Assembly: GCA_021818465.1 (NCBI GenBank)
Contig: JAKAEA010000002.1
Location: forward strand, 31,882-95,881
Length of the DNA: 64,000 bases
From: a bacterium
GTDB taxonomy: Bacteria; Patescibacteriota; Minisyncoccia; Phycocordibacterales; JAKAEA01
Reading direction: 5' to 3'
Position numbers and translations under genes: made by a program. Below are positions 9,371-18,512 of the stretch, piece by piece. Position 1 is the first letter of the stretch. Each line of letters opens with the position of its first letter. The notes below the pieces were generated by a model. The model was not told where the DNA came from and made no database searches. It saw only the letters and a program-made list of their open reading frames with translations.

Positions 9371-10756
9371 TTACTTTCTACGCCAAAAAAATGTCGCGAG
9401 ATGTAATTTCTCAGGCACGCGATTGAGATATGGAATATAGGGAAACAAAATGAGTAAAAGAACCAATGCGCCAAGAATTTCCGCGCCATCTCGATCGCCA
9501 TTAGGATCATTGGCGAGCACAGTATGATCTAACACGCCAAGCGGCGCCAGCCACCATGCTCCTGGTGGAACACTGCGCCCTTCCTCGTGAATCATTCCCC
9601 ACTGGTCGGTTGTTATGTGCAAATCACTCGCTTCATCATCCATCACACCAGTATCATCCAAGAAACGGAGTGAGTAGGTTGGCGCAATCGTGGGCGCTTC
9701 AGCATCCACTACCGCCTGATAGGTACCGCTGCTACTCATATGTACGAGCGATGTAATAACTGAAAGAAAGGGATTACCAATTGTAGACGTGGCAACTGAT
9801 GCGCCCTGGAAATACGCTTCGGCAGTTGTAATATCACTTTTTTGTTGAGCGGCCGACTCAGCAAAAAATACCGTCAGCTCATTGGGACCACCCGCAAGCG
9901 CCACGTACTGATCGTACGGCTTCACAATATACACCGTGCGCGTATTAAATGTGTAAGGATCAATAGAATCAAAATAGGTTGCTGTATCAGAGGTGTGATT
10001 AAATTCAGCAATAAGTGTTTGGGCAACACCGGCAGCATCGTCGGCAGCCACAGAAGCAATGGTAGCTGGTGTAATAAGCGGCGAAGGAAAAATAATTGCT
10101 AAAACAACAATGCACACCACAAGAACCCCACCTCGCACAAAAAGCTTTGTGTGATTTGCTGGCACAATCGGCACACGCACATCCTGCCGATACGGCGATG
10201 CAATGCCACGCGCTTTCACTAAAAGATAGTGCGTCAGCAGCAGGCCAAGCATAATGAGTGGAAGAATAACGATATGCAGACCGAATACTTGGAGATGGTT
10301 AAGTGTGTTTATATAATAGCCAAGATACGCACCATTCCAAAAATCAGCACCTTGTAAAGCGCGATATTGGGAAGAAAAATCACCACGCAAGTAATAACCA
10401 AATTCTGCTTCAAGTAATAAAAATACAAGCACGATAGCTCCCAGCGTCCACGTCAATCGACGTGGATGTTTAAAACCGCTCGTGGCAAATACCACCAACA
10501 GGTGCAACAAAATAATGAGAACGAACGCCTGCGCCGCCCACAAGTGAATGCTACGAAACAGAATTCCCCAAAAATTTATTGTCCACCACGCACTCCCCTC
10601 AAACACCATAACCAGACCAGTACCAAGCAAGATTGCAAAACACACCAATCCCAAAAATCCGAGTGAATAAAAAATACTATTGCCGTAGCGCGGCACATCA
10701 GTAATAAAAATTTTTTTTCTAATAATGCCGAGCACGCCTGGCGTATCGTTCTGCAT
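9371..10756 (-). CDS. Cytochrome b/b6-like membrane protein, fused to a subunit IV-like C-terminus with a large soluble insertion
   Basis: Four His at haem-ligand positions (RSIHLWAAQAFVLIILLH; LHIVILPLIMLGLLLTH), plus RRLTWTLG and FGYYL motifs. Confidence 0.85.
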   Translation of the reverse strand: MQNDTPGVLGIIRKKIFITDVPRYGNSIFYSLGFLGLVCFAILLGTGLVMVFEGSAWWTINFWGILFRSIHLWAAQAFVLIILLHLLVVFATSGFKHPRRLTWTLGAIVLVFLLLEAEFGYYLRGDFSSQYRALQGADFWNGAYLGYYINTLNHLQVFGLHIVILPLIMLGLLLTHYLLVKARGIASPYRQDVRVPIVPANHTKLFVRGGVLVVCIVVLAIIFPSPLITPATIASVAADDAAGVAQTLIAEFNHTSDTATYFDSIDPYTFNTRTVYIVKPYDQYVALAGGPNELTVFFAESAAQQKSDITTAEAYFQGASVATSTIGNPFLSVITSLVHMSSSGTYQAVVDAEAPTIAPTYSLRFLDDTGVMDDEASDLHITTDQWGMIHEEGRSVPPGAWWLAPLGVLDHTVLANDPNGDRDGAEILGALVLLLILFPYIPYLNRVPEKLHLATFFWRRK

Positions 10757-10804
10757 AGTAGATAGATGCAGTATACCAAACCACCACTATGTGCTGCCAG
10801 CTAT

Positions 10805-13177
10805 TTACGCAATATCCAAGAGTTTTTGAATACCGCGTATTCTTTTTATTGCTTCAATAAGTATAAAACTTAGAATTGCCCCAATAATGATGAGCCAGAA
10901 AAAGAGCGGTGGCAATGGCGCGATAAAGAGACCCAGCCCGGCCACAATTGTTGAAAATGCCAATGAAAAGAGTAATGCAATAATGAGAATGCTTTTAGGT
11001 CGCACACTCCAACTAAACGGCCACGCTCGAATAGCAAGCAGTGTCGTAGCACCAAGGTAGATGAGTGACAAGTACACAATGGTTCTAATCGTATTAAACG
11101 GATACCGCATATGCCAAGCAATGACATATAAACTCATAGTAAAAATGTACGGAATAACGGCAATAAAGAACGCAGCAATGATGAGATTGCGAATATTCCA
11201 GCGAGCTGGATGATGAATAGGACTGGTATGATCAGTAGATATAGAAATGGTAACGAAGTCATTTGATAGAAGAATCAGAATAGCAATGAGCGGCGAGAGA
11301 ATGTATGAGTGTGTCAAAACAAAAATAACTGTCGCAATAAAAAGCGATTCCACTGATTTTATAACCTTATTTAAAGCCCACGTACGAATTCTAAAATACA
11401 CCCGGCGACCAGCCGTCACCACTCGCCGCACCCCCTCCAAACCAGGTGTCGTGAGAATGAAACTGGCTGCTTGCTTAGCAACCTCCGTTGCGCCCAACAC
11501 AGCAATGCCCACTTCCGCGCGGTGTAATGCCGGCGCATCATTCACACCATCACCAGTCATGCCAACTGAATGTCCAGCCTTCTGCAAAGCTTCAATAATA
11601 ATGAGCTTATCCTCGGGATATGCTTCAGCAAACACTACACCAGTAAGAGCGATGCTGGGGTTTTTATGTAATTCAGCAGGTGTAAACACGTCTCCCTCTA
11701 GTCCGAGACTGCGAGCAACCGCTTGCGCTGTTATTCGTCCATCGCCCGTAATCATTACCACGCGTACACCTAAACCGTTGAGTTCTTTAATTAATGCTGG
11801 AGCATCAGGACGAATCGGATCACTTAAACCAATAAGACCGACACACTCCTTAGGCGCACCAACCTCACCAGCAACAACAGCCAGAACTCGCAATCCATCA
11901 TCGCTCATGCGCGCGACATCCTGCAAAGCTTCGGGAGCGAAATGTACATCATTCGTCAGCAACAAATCCGGCAAACCCATTTGTATGTGTATATGCTTAT
12001 CTCCTTCAAGCACCTCAGCTTCTGTTCGCTTTGTTGATGGATCAAACGGTGTAAAACTCAAACGTTGCGGAGCGGTAAAACCTTCCGTTGCTGCTTTTTG
12101 TAAAATTGCCTGGTCAATAGAATTTTCATCAGCCGCATCGCTCGCTGCCGAGGCAAGCATGAACACTCTTTTTTCATCATTTGTACCATAATATTTTGTT
12201 GCCGAAACCGCTAGTTTATTTTGGGTCAACGTACCAGTTTTATCACTACAGAGCACATCAATAACCGCTGCTTCTTGCACAGCCCCCAATCGACGTACTA
12301 ACACGCGCCGATCATCACCATCACTACCACCATCTCCCGCATTAAGTTGGAGCGCGCCATAGGTTTGAGCAACCGCAAACATTGTCGGAAACGCAATAGG
12401 TACCGACATAAGCATAAGCACAATGACGTAATTAATAATTTGTAGTGCGGGCGCATGCACCAATACGCCAAAGATAATAACCCCGAGTGCTACCAACATG
12501 TTCAAAATAAAAAAGTATTTGATGATAGCAAATACCACCTTTTCCATATGCGTTGGTGGATGAGCCACTTGGAGAAGCTCTGTTGTTTTGCCGTAGCGCG
12601 TCGCTTTACCAATAGTGGTTACTGCCACCGTTGCTTCACCGCGGCGCACAATGCTACCTGAATACACCGTATCGTGTACGGTCACATCCTGTGGCAATGA
12701 TTCACCAGTCAAACTAGAAAGATCAACACTCACATTGCCATCTAAAATTTTTGCATCAGCAGGAACAACGTCACCAGCCCGAATACGCACCACATCCCCT
12801 GGTAAAAGTTCTCGCGCTGCCACCACCTTCCAATTACCACTACGATTAACACGCGCTTCAACTTGAATTGCTTTGCGTAATGTCGCCAACGCCTTATCAG
12901 CCGAGCGGCGCTGTAAAATATTGATAGCGCTGTTCACAAAAAGCAAAACAACGATAATGAGTGCCTCAACCTGATTACCTGAAAAATAGGTAATGACCAC
13001 CATGAGCTCCAAAAGCCACGGTAATGGACCCCAAAAATTTTTAAAGTAGAGCAGAAGTAAACTCTCATGATACTCCGGTAGCTCGTTCCATCCATAGCGT
13101 GTTCGTAACGCTGTAATATCCGAATCTTGTAAACCTGTATGCGTATTTTTAGGAGTACCGTTTGTCGTTAGCATCAT
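10805..13177 (-). CDS. Plasma-membrane proton-efflux P-type ATPase (type IIIA)
   Basis: TGES, VPIAFP, CSDKTGTLT, MITGD and TGDGVNDAPAL motifs; M6 LLSNDFVT carries the Asp typical of type IIIA pumps. Confidence 0.88.
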   Translation of the reverse strand: MMLTTNGTPKNTHTGLQDSDITALRTRYGWNELPEYHESLLLLYFKNFWGPLPWLLELMVVITYFSGNQVEALIIVVLLFVNSAINILQRRSADKALATLRKAIQVEARVNRSGNWKVVAARELLPGDVVRIRAGDVVPADAKILDGNVSVDLSSLTGESLPQDVTVHDTVYSGSIVRRGEATVAVTTIGKATRYGKTTELLQVAHPPTHMEKVVFAIIKYFFILNMLVALGVIIFGVLVHAPALQIINYVIVLMLMSVPIAFPTMFAVAQTYGALQLNAGDGGSDGDDRRVLVRRLGAVQEAAVIDVLCSDKTGTLTQNKLAVSATKYYGTNDEKRVFMLASAASDAADENSIDQAILQKAATEGFTAPQRLSFTPFDPSTKRTEAEVLEGDKHIHIQMGLPDLLLTNDVHFAPEALQDVARMSDDGLRVLAVVAGEVGAPKECVGLIGLSDPIRPDAPALIKELNGLGVRVVMITGDGRITAQAVARSLGLEGDVFTPAELHKNPSIALTGVVFAEAYPEDKLIIIEALQKAGHSVGMTGDGVNDAPALHRAEVGIAVLGATEVAKQAASFILTTPGLEGVRRVVTAGRRVYFRIRTWALNKVIKSVESLFIATVIFVLTHSYILSPLIAILILLSNDFVTISISTDHTSPIHHPARWNIRNLIIAAFFIAVIPYIFTMSLYVIAWHMRYPFNTIRTIVYLSLIYLGATTLLAIRAWPFSWSVRPKSILIIALLFSLAFSTIVAGLGLFIAPLPPLFFWLIIIGAILSFILIEAIKRIRGIQKLLDIA

Positions 13178-13256
13178 TTCTAACCATACCAAATTTTTCA
13201 AGACAGCGTCAATAAACAAACTGTTAATATAGTTCTTTTATACATTGTCTAAACTT

Positions 13257-14399
13257 TTACTGATACTGAATAAAAATAGGTCGCGGCCGCAACGAAAGAA
13301 TCTCTCGTGGCGTCATAAGGTGACTACCGTTGGCCACATCGTTTTTATAAAATATTTTTATACCGGCAAATTGAACTGGCTCGGGATAGATAATTTCGTT
13401 ATAAACCTTAGTCTTTTGTGCAGGTGTACCGAAACCATCCATATCCATAACTATCTCGGTTTGCGGTAATGGCGTAATATCCTGATAATTGGTCACCATA
13501 GACTTAGTAAAACGGTGCACCACAAGAAATTTTGGTGGCAAATTGTATTGTGTAACAAGGTGCGCAAGATATCGTGCCGCAAAATTTATATCCGAAGCAT
13601 CCAAAGAACCGATGGCGGTACCGGGGCGTTTAGGCGGCTGGAGAGCAAATTCTGGATCTAAAGCCAATTCAACATTCGGCAATTTTAGATATGGTTCAAG
13701 CAACGGTACCTCTTGCTCTACCGTACTCCAACCAACTTGTACATCTAAAATGACTAAACCGTGCACTTGGTTTGCTAACTGTATTGCTTCTTCAATACTG
13801 CTCGATGCCATGCGCAAGCGATACATACCATTTGGCCCTGGACTTCCCTGTGCTGAAACGGCTATGTAATCCAGAGCTGGTATCACCGGCGTAGCTGGGT
13901 CAGCAGCTTTCCATTGGGCCACCTGATTCATAAGGCGCGTAAGCATTTCCTGTGGCGGATATTGTCCCAAAATACCCATTGCTGGAGAAAGAAAATTACC
14001 ATAATACGCCACCACTCGATTAAATGGCAAAATAGCACCATACGCAGGATACGCTGCATGGGCAGGCCAAAGATATGTGGGCTGCCGCACAATAGTTGAG
14101 GAAGCCCGGGCAGCACTCGTGCTTGCTACAAAAGAAGGTGCGACTGGATTGTTCGCCAACTCTTCCATCAATTTGTTATACAAAGCTATATTCAGCTGTG
14201 GTTGAGGTGGTGGTGGGTCTATTTTGGGTGGATCTACTTTTATAGGGGGCACGTGGTAATACACCACTGGATTAAAAAAAGCCGCATGGTCGGCAACAAC
14301 TACAAACAAGACAACTACAATAAAGAGCACGGGCATCAGAAGTCCCCACACAATCGGATACTTTTCTTTTGATTTTTTACTCTTTTTAATAATAGACAA
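13257..14399 (-). CDS. Membrane-anchored hypothetical protein with a conserved globular domain
   Basis: N-terminal TM helix, Pro-rich linker, then RVVAYYG, LDVQVG, LALDPEF, VVHRF and MDGFG motifs. Confidence 0.75.
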   Translation of the reverse strand: MSIIKKSKKSKEKYPIVWGLLMPVLFIVVVLFVVVADHAAFFNPVVYYHVPPIKVDPPKIDPPPPQPQLNIALYNKLMEELANNPVAPSFVASTSAARASSTIVRQPTYLWPAHAAYPAYGAILPFNRVVAYYGNFLSPAMGILGQYPPQEMLTRLMNQVAQWKAADPATPVIPALDYIAVSAQGSPGPNGMYRLRMASSSIEEAIQLANQVHGLVILDVQVGWSTVEQEVPLLEPYLKLPNVELALDPEFALQPPKRPGTAIGSLDASDINFAARYLAHLVTQYNLPPKFLVVHRFTKSMVTNYQDITPLPQTEIVMDMDGFGTPAQKTKVYNEIIYPEPVQFAGIKIFYKNDVANGSHLMTPREILSLRPRPIFIQYQ

Positions 14400-14599
14400 A
14401 AGTATATCAATAAAGTGTCGTTATAGACATATTGGAAAACTAGCCAATATAAATTACTGCGATTATGGTGACGTTTCAAACGTTTAAAGCAAGACTGTTT
14501 GAAATGTTTTTTAACCTATATTGTCTATATAGGTGCATGGCCTAGTATCAAGGTAAAAAGTAATTATAGGTCGATAATTACTATAGTAATAGCTTAATT

Positions 14600-15553
14600 A
14601 TGAGTATTATGAATATAACGAACATACAACGAACTCTACTCGGGGTGTTTCTTGGTGGCATCATGATTCCAGCATTAACTTTTGCGGCAGGTGGAAGTGG
14701 TGGCGGTGGCGCTAGTGGTGGCGGGACAGGAGGAGTTGGTACGAGTGTAAACGTAAACACGGGTATCCAGCAACAAGATCAAACGCGTGATCGTATTCAA
14801 GATCCAACCACGCATACAGGCGATGAGCCACTACAGACGCGTGATCAGGATCGTGATCGTCTCTATCTTTATCAAAGTACCACCACAGTACCAATGGGAG
14901 CTGGACAAATGAATCAAAATCAAGGTGTTGTACCGAGTCTTGGTAGTCAATATCAATATGGACAACCGATGCCAACCGCAACCACGGGTCAAGGCACCCA
15001 AACCCAATATCAATATCGACTCCAAATAGACCCTGAGCATCTACAGATACAAGCAGGTAATGCTGCACAATTGCAGCAAATGGTGCAAACACGCGAACAA
15101 GAACTCACACAAGAAGCATCGACAACTCCCACACAAAACCGTACAGCGGTACAAAACGCAAATCGTACACGCCTTGCAGTCTATGCTGTGATGGCAGCTC
15201 AAAATATGCTTCCGGCGACTATCGGTCAACAGATGACGCAACTCGCCAATCAAATAAATGCCTCAATCCAAACTTCAACCACTCTTGAAGCGCAGATGGA
15301 GAATAGAGGTTTCTTGGAGCGACTCTTATTTGGTGGTGATACCAATTCCGCACAAACACTTGCACAAATATCCAACGAAAACCAAGCGAGAGTCCAATAC
15401 ATGATGCAGTTACTTTCACAAGCGAGTTCAACACCAGACGTGCAAGCACAACTCCAGACACAACTCCAGACCATACTACAAGAGCAGCAACAGCTTCAAA
15501 ACCTTGCTCAACAAGAACAAAACCGATGGGGCATCTTTAGTTGGCGTTTGTGA
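14600..15553 (+). CDS. Secreted Gln/Thr-rich protein
   Basis: Signal peptide, Gly-rich linker, QDQTRDRIQD/TRDQDRDRL repeats and a helical Gln-rich C-terminus. Confidence 0.8.
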   Translation: MSIMNITNIQRTLLGVFLGGIMIPALTFAAGGSGGGGASGGGTGGVGTSVNVNTGIQQQDQTRDRIQDPTTHTGDEPLQTRDQDRDRLYLYQSTTTVPMGAGQMNQNQGVVPSLGSQYQYGQPMPTATTGQGTQTQYQYRLQIDPEHLQIQAGNAAQLQQMVQTREQELTQEASTTPTQNRTAVQNANRTRLAVYAVMAAQNMLPATIGQQMTQLANQINASIQTSTTLEAQMENRGFLERLLFGGDTNSAQTLAQISNENQARVQYMMQLLSQASSTPDVQAQLQTQLQTILQEQQQLQNLAQQEQNRWGIFSWRL

Positions 15554-15572
15554 TGTGGTCTACGCACCTCGT

Positions 15573-15603
15573 AAAAACTGCCGGGCACTCCCCGACAGTT
15601 TTT
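15573..15603 (+). terminator. Intrinsic terminator
   Basis: Hairpin aaaaactgccggg...cccgacagttttt just downstream of the 14600-15553 gene. Confidence 0.65.
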
Positions 15604-15769
15604 AGTAGCGATAATATGTGTACTGACTAAAAAAGAAATTAACATTCAAAAATACCATGATTAGAATATTATCCATTATTTTTCTCATATGTTTTGTACT
15701 GTACTTTTTTTTATTTCTATTTTTAAAGATTGTAATGTACACGCTCATCTTTATATAAATATATAAAAG

Positions 15770-15795
15770 GAGCACTCGCGAATAATCGAGTGCTC
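15770..15795 (-). other. Perfect 9-bp inverted repeat (terminator or DGR-type hairpin)
   Basis: gagcactcg-cgaataat-cgagtgctc, 12 bp downstream of the stop of the 15808-16437 gene. Confidence 0.6.
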
Positions 15796-15807
15796 AAAGA
15801 TTAACTA

Positions 15808-16437
15808 CTATTTCATAACAGTAGCCAATCGCAGCGTAGGATACTTGTCCTCATCCCAACAATCACGTATATGAATTTTGTCGAGACTAACACCAACACA
15901 GATACGAAAATGTGATTCTAAATCAACACAGCGAATGTAATTTTCCTTAAATAACCGTTCCTTCGTAGCGAGATAATGGCCGATTATGGTGTAAATCAAA
16001 ATTCGAGCAGTTGGTATTTCCTCGTCGTTCGAGAGAAGTGTCTGCTGTTCACTCCAGGTCTTTGATGCCGATCCATTGACTGGCCTCTTGCGAACCAACT
16101 GCCAACCAATTTCACCTTTGTTTTGAAAAAACACTGCTTCTTCGTAGTTATATTCTTGATGAAATAAGTCTAATTTTTGTACGGTACCATATATATTGGC
16201 AATTGATAGTGGGAAAACAGCAACGAGGACATGACTATCCTTGCAGGCATTCAACGTTTTCTCGCTGAATGGAATTTGAGCAAGCGCAGCAAACTGGCGC
16301 GTAGTAGGATTAACCCCGAAGTGTTTGGCGGCTGCCTCGATGCCGAAAAAGTTGCGACCCATAATCTTGCAGGCAGTCTCATGAGATGACATTTCGTAGT
16401 TCTCGTTTAGAACAGATTCTGAACTGATTGTAGACAT
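15808..16437 (-). CDS. Hypothetical protein resembling CPR diversity-generating retroelement target proteins (C-type-lectin-like C-terminus)
   Basis: 209-aa ORF with a strong SD (AAAGGAG). The C-terminus RICVGVSLDKIHIRDCWDEDKYPTLRLATVMK resembles the RVxVG..GLxV..YWD...LGLASARK pattern. Confidence 0.55.
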   Translation of the reverse strand: MSTISSESVLNENYEMSSHETACKIMGRNFFGIEAAAKHFGVNPTTRQFAALAQIPFSEKTLNACKDSHVLVAVFPLSIANIYGTVQKLDLFHQEYNYEEAVFFQNKGEIGWQLVRKRPVNGSASKTWSEQQTLLSNDEEIPTARILIYTIIGHYLATKERLFKENYIRCVDLESHFRICVGVSLDKIHIRDCWDEDKYPTLRLATVMK

Positions 16438-16666
16438 GACATTCTCCTTTGTTATTAACCCTGAAGGGTCCTGAACAAATCTCCACGTAACCTGGGAGAT
16501 GAAGGTCTCAGTCTCGTTTAAGATGAGCTTTTTGTATCCTTGTAAAGACGCAAAAAGCTCACCTCAAGCAATAATTTACTTTCAAAGAACAGCCATAAAA
16601 TACAATATATTTCATCATTTGACAACAACTCGTAAAAAATCAGTAATATTATTACTCTCAAAAGTA

Positions 16667-17392
16667 CTAATTCTTCATCGCCTGCCTTTTAAGCTGCATG
16701 GGCATTTTTTCTATCGCATATCGTAGCGCAGTTCTCGGCATGTTGGTTTTACGCGTCATCACAAAAGCAAACACTTCTTTCTGATGATGAATCGACGTCG
16801 CTTTTAACAGCCAGCCGTAACCTTTTTGAACCAAGTCTTCCCCACTACACAGTAACGTGTCTACTACTTCGAAAATATCTTTTAAATTATGTCGCGTTGC
16901 ATACACAGCATTACTGGTGGTAATAAAACTCACTGCCGAAGCTCGTTGCGCCCAAATATTTTTTGCGCCTGCCCACCCTTTTACGGTATCAATTAGTTCC
17001 GGATATTTCTCAAGCATAGGATGAATAATGTGTAGACAAAAATCGTCATCCTTGCTCCAGTTATCTATATAGGTAAACAGTCAACCTTCAAAAACTTTAA
17101 AATCTTCTTTTTTGAAACGACCAATGAGTGCACTAATCCATTGTATGGCAACTGTCGCCTCCTCGTTGTATTTATTTTCCAGTAGTTTTTCGCTTAAAGA
17201 AAAAATCTGCCCAGTATCCAAATTTCGAATTTGTTTGAAATATTTTTTTGCAATCGTACGAACCATAGGAGTTCGCACACCGTACATAACAACGTTTTCC
17301 TTAAAGAACTTTTGACTGCTGGCACGATGTTTGGCGGTGCTCTCTTTTAACAATTCCTGTCGAATAGTGTCTACAATATTCATAGATGTCAT
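16667..17392 (-). pseudogene. alkD: AlkD-like DNA alkylation repair protein interrupted by one in-frame TGA (17081-17083)
   Basis: The two ORF-track fragments share a frame: ...FEG*LFTYIDNWSKDDDFC...; YGVRTP, EDLVQKGYGWLLK and PRTALRYAIEK motifs. Confidence 0.8.
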
Positions 17393-17555
17393 CTTCTAAC
17401 TTTTAAAAAAGAAATACGAATAAACACATATAAATATAAATAATTTTTCTTTGGTGTACTATTTTATATAGTATATATGTTTGCTGTATAAAATATAAAT
17501 CACTAGTAAAACAAAGGCGCCTAAACCGTCGGCATAGTTCGATAAAAAGTGCTGT

Positions 17556-17643
17556 TGGCGGAGGGTAAGAGATTCGAACTCTTGGTGGGTTTCCCCACAC
17601 ACGCTTTCCAAGCGTGCGCACTAGACCACTATGCGAACCCTCC
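17556..17643 (-). tRNA. tRNA-Ser(GGA)
   Basis: Cloverleaf with anticodon arm CACGC-TTGGAAA-GCGTG, long variable arm, GTTCGAATC T-loop and encoded CCA. Confidence 0.97.
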
Positions 17644-17666
17644 TTTAAAATCCGCCGCTTACTATA

Positions 17667-18500
17667 TCATCGAAATGTGACGGTGGAAAGAATTTGATAG
17701 AACAGTGTGGAAAGTTGACTTTCAAAAGTCTGATTAATTTGATTCATTTTTTGAAATGCTTGTTGACTTGGAGCATAGACGCCCGGATCAGTTACCGCTG
17801 CTTGTAAATCGAATTGATAACAGGTGTTGTGCTGGTACGCAGCAACGAGCGTGCCAAAGGCGCAGCCGCCGGCCCAACAACCGCCATACATATTTGGAAA
17901 CTGATAAAAATTGACGGGCGGCGCGCTTGGCACAGCAGTGGGTGGCACGATGGAAATTTGTGTCGGCGTAGTCGTGGGAACTGAGATGCCTGACGTTGTC
18001 ACACCTTGACTTACCGCATTGGCTGCAGACATACAATCAGCAAATGTTGGTGAGGTGGTTGCGGCAATTACTATCGCTGCTTGGCGTACCGTCGTACTGG
18101 CTGGATATTGCGACGAGGGCAACGTTAAGACAACTGTCGCCGCTGGATTAATTGGTAAAAAACCTTTTATACTTTTTATATCGGCAGGTTTGGTGTACGC
18201 ATGCATAATGCCCGAGGGATAATCAAACGAAAATCCGGCAGCAGCAATAGTGTACGTTCCCCACGACTCTCCGGTACCAATAGGTACCGTACCGGTAGCT
18301 GTTGATGGAATAGAAAATGGTGCGCCGATTTTAACGCGAACACCAGAAACGGTTGCGTAGCTACCAACTGCAGGTTGCGTCGGTGGTACTGATTGCGAGG
18401 ACGGCTTTGACGAAGTTGGTTGTACGGAATTAGTAAGAAACAACCAGCCGAGTAAGATAGCGATGATGACAATAACGAGAATGGCGAGAATTTTTTTCAT
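17667..18500 (-). CDS. Membrane-anchored secreted hypothetical protein
   Basis: N-terminal TM helix, Ser/Thr/Pro-rich sequence, four Cys, GFSFDYP motif. Confidence 0.75.
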   Translation of the reverse strand: MKKILAILVIVIIAILLGWLFLTNSVQPTSSKPSSQSVPPTQPAVGSYATVSGVRVKIGAPFSIPSTATGTVPIGTGESWGTYTIAAAGFSFDYPSGIMHAYTKPADIKSIKGFLPINPAATVVLTLPSSQYPASTTVRQAAIVIAATTSPTFADCMSAANAVSQGVTTSGISVPTTTPTQISIVPPTAVPSAPPVNFYQFPNMYGGCWAGGCAFGTLVAAYQHNTCYQFDLQAAVTDPGVYAPSQQAFQKMNQINQTFESQLSTLFYQILSTVTFR

Positions 18501-18512
18501 ATACCTATCATA

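Noticed and set aside
11247-12191. 314-aa plus-strand ORF, and similar ORFs opposite groEL and pyk
   Set aside because: These are antisense shadows of well-conserved genes.
15769-15797. CIRCE-like AGCACTC...GAGTGCT
   Set aside because: The spacer is 10 nt rather than 9, the outer TT/AA are missing, and it lies between convergent gene ends rather than at a promoter.
17081-17083. Alternative genetic code (TGA recoded as in code 4 or 25)
   Set aside because: All other long genes are open under code 11, and TGA serves as a normal stop in several of them.
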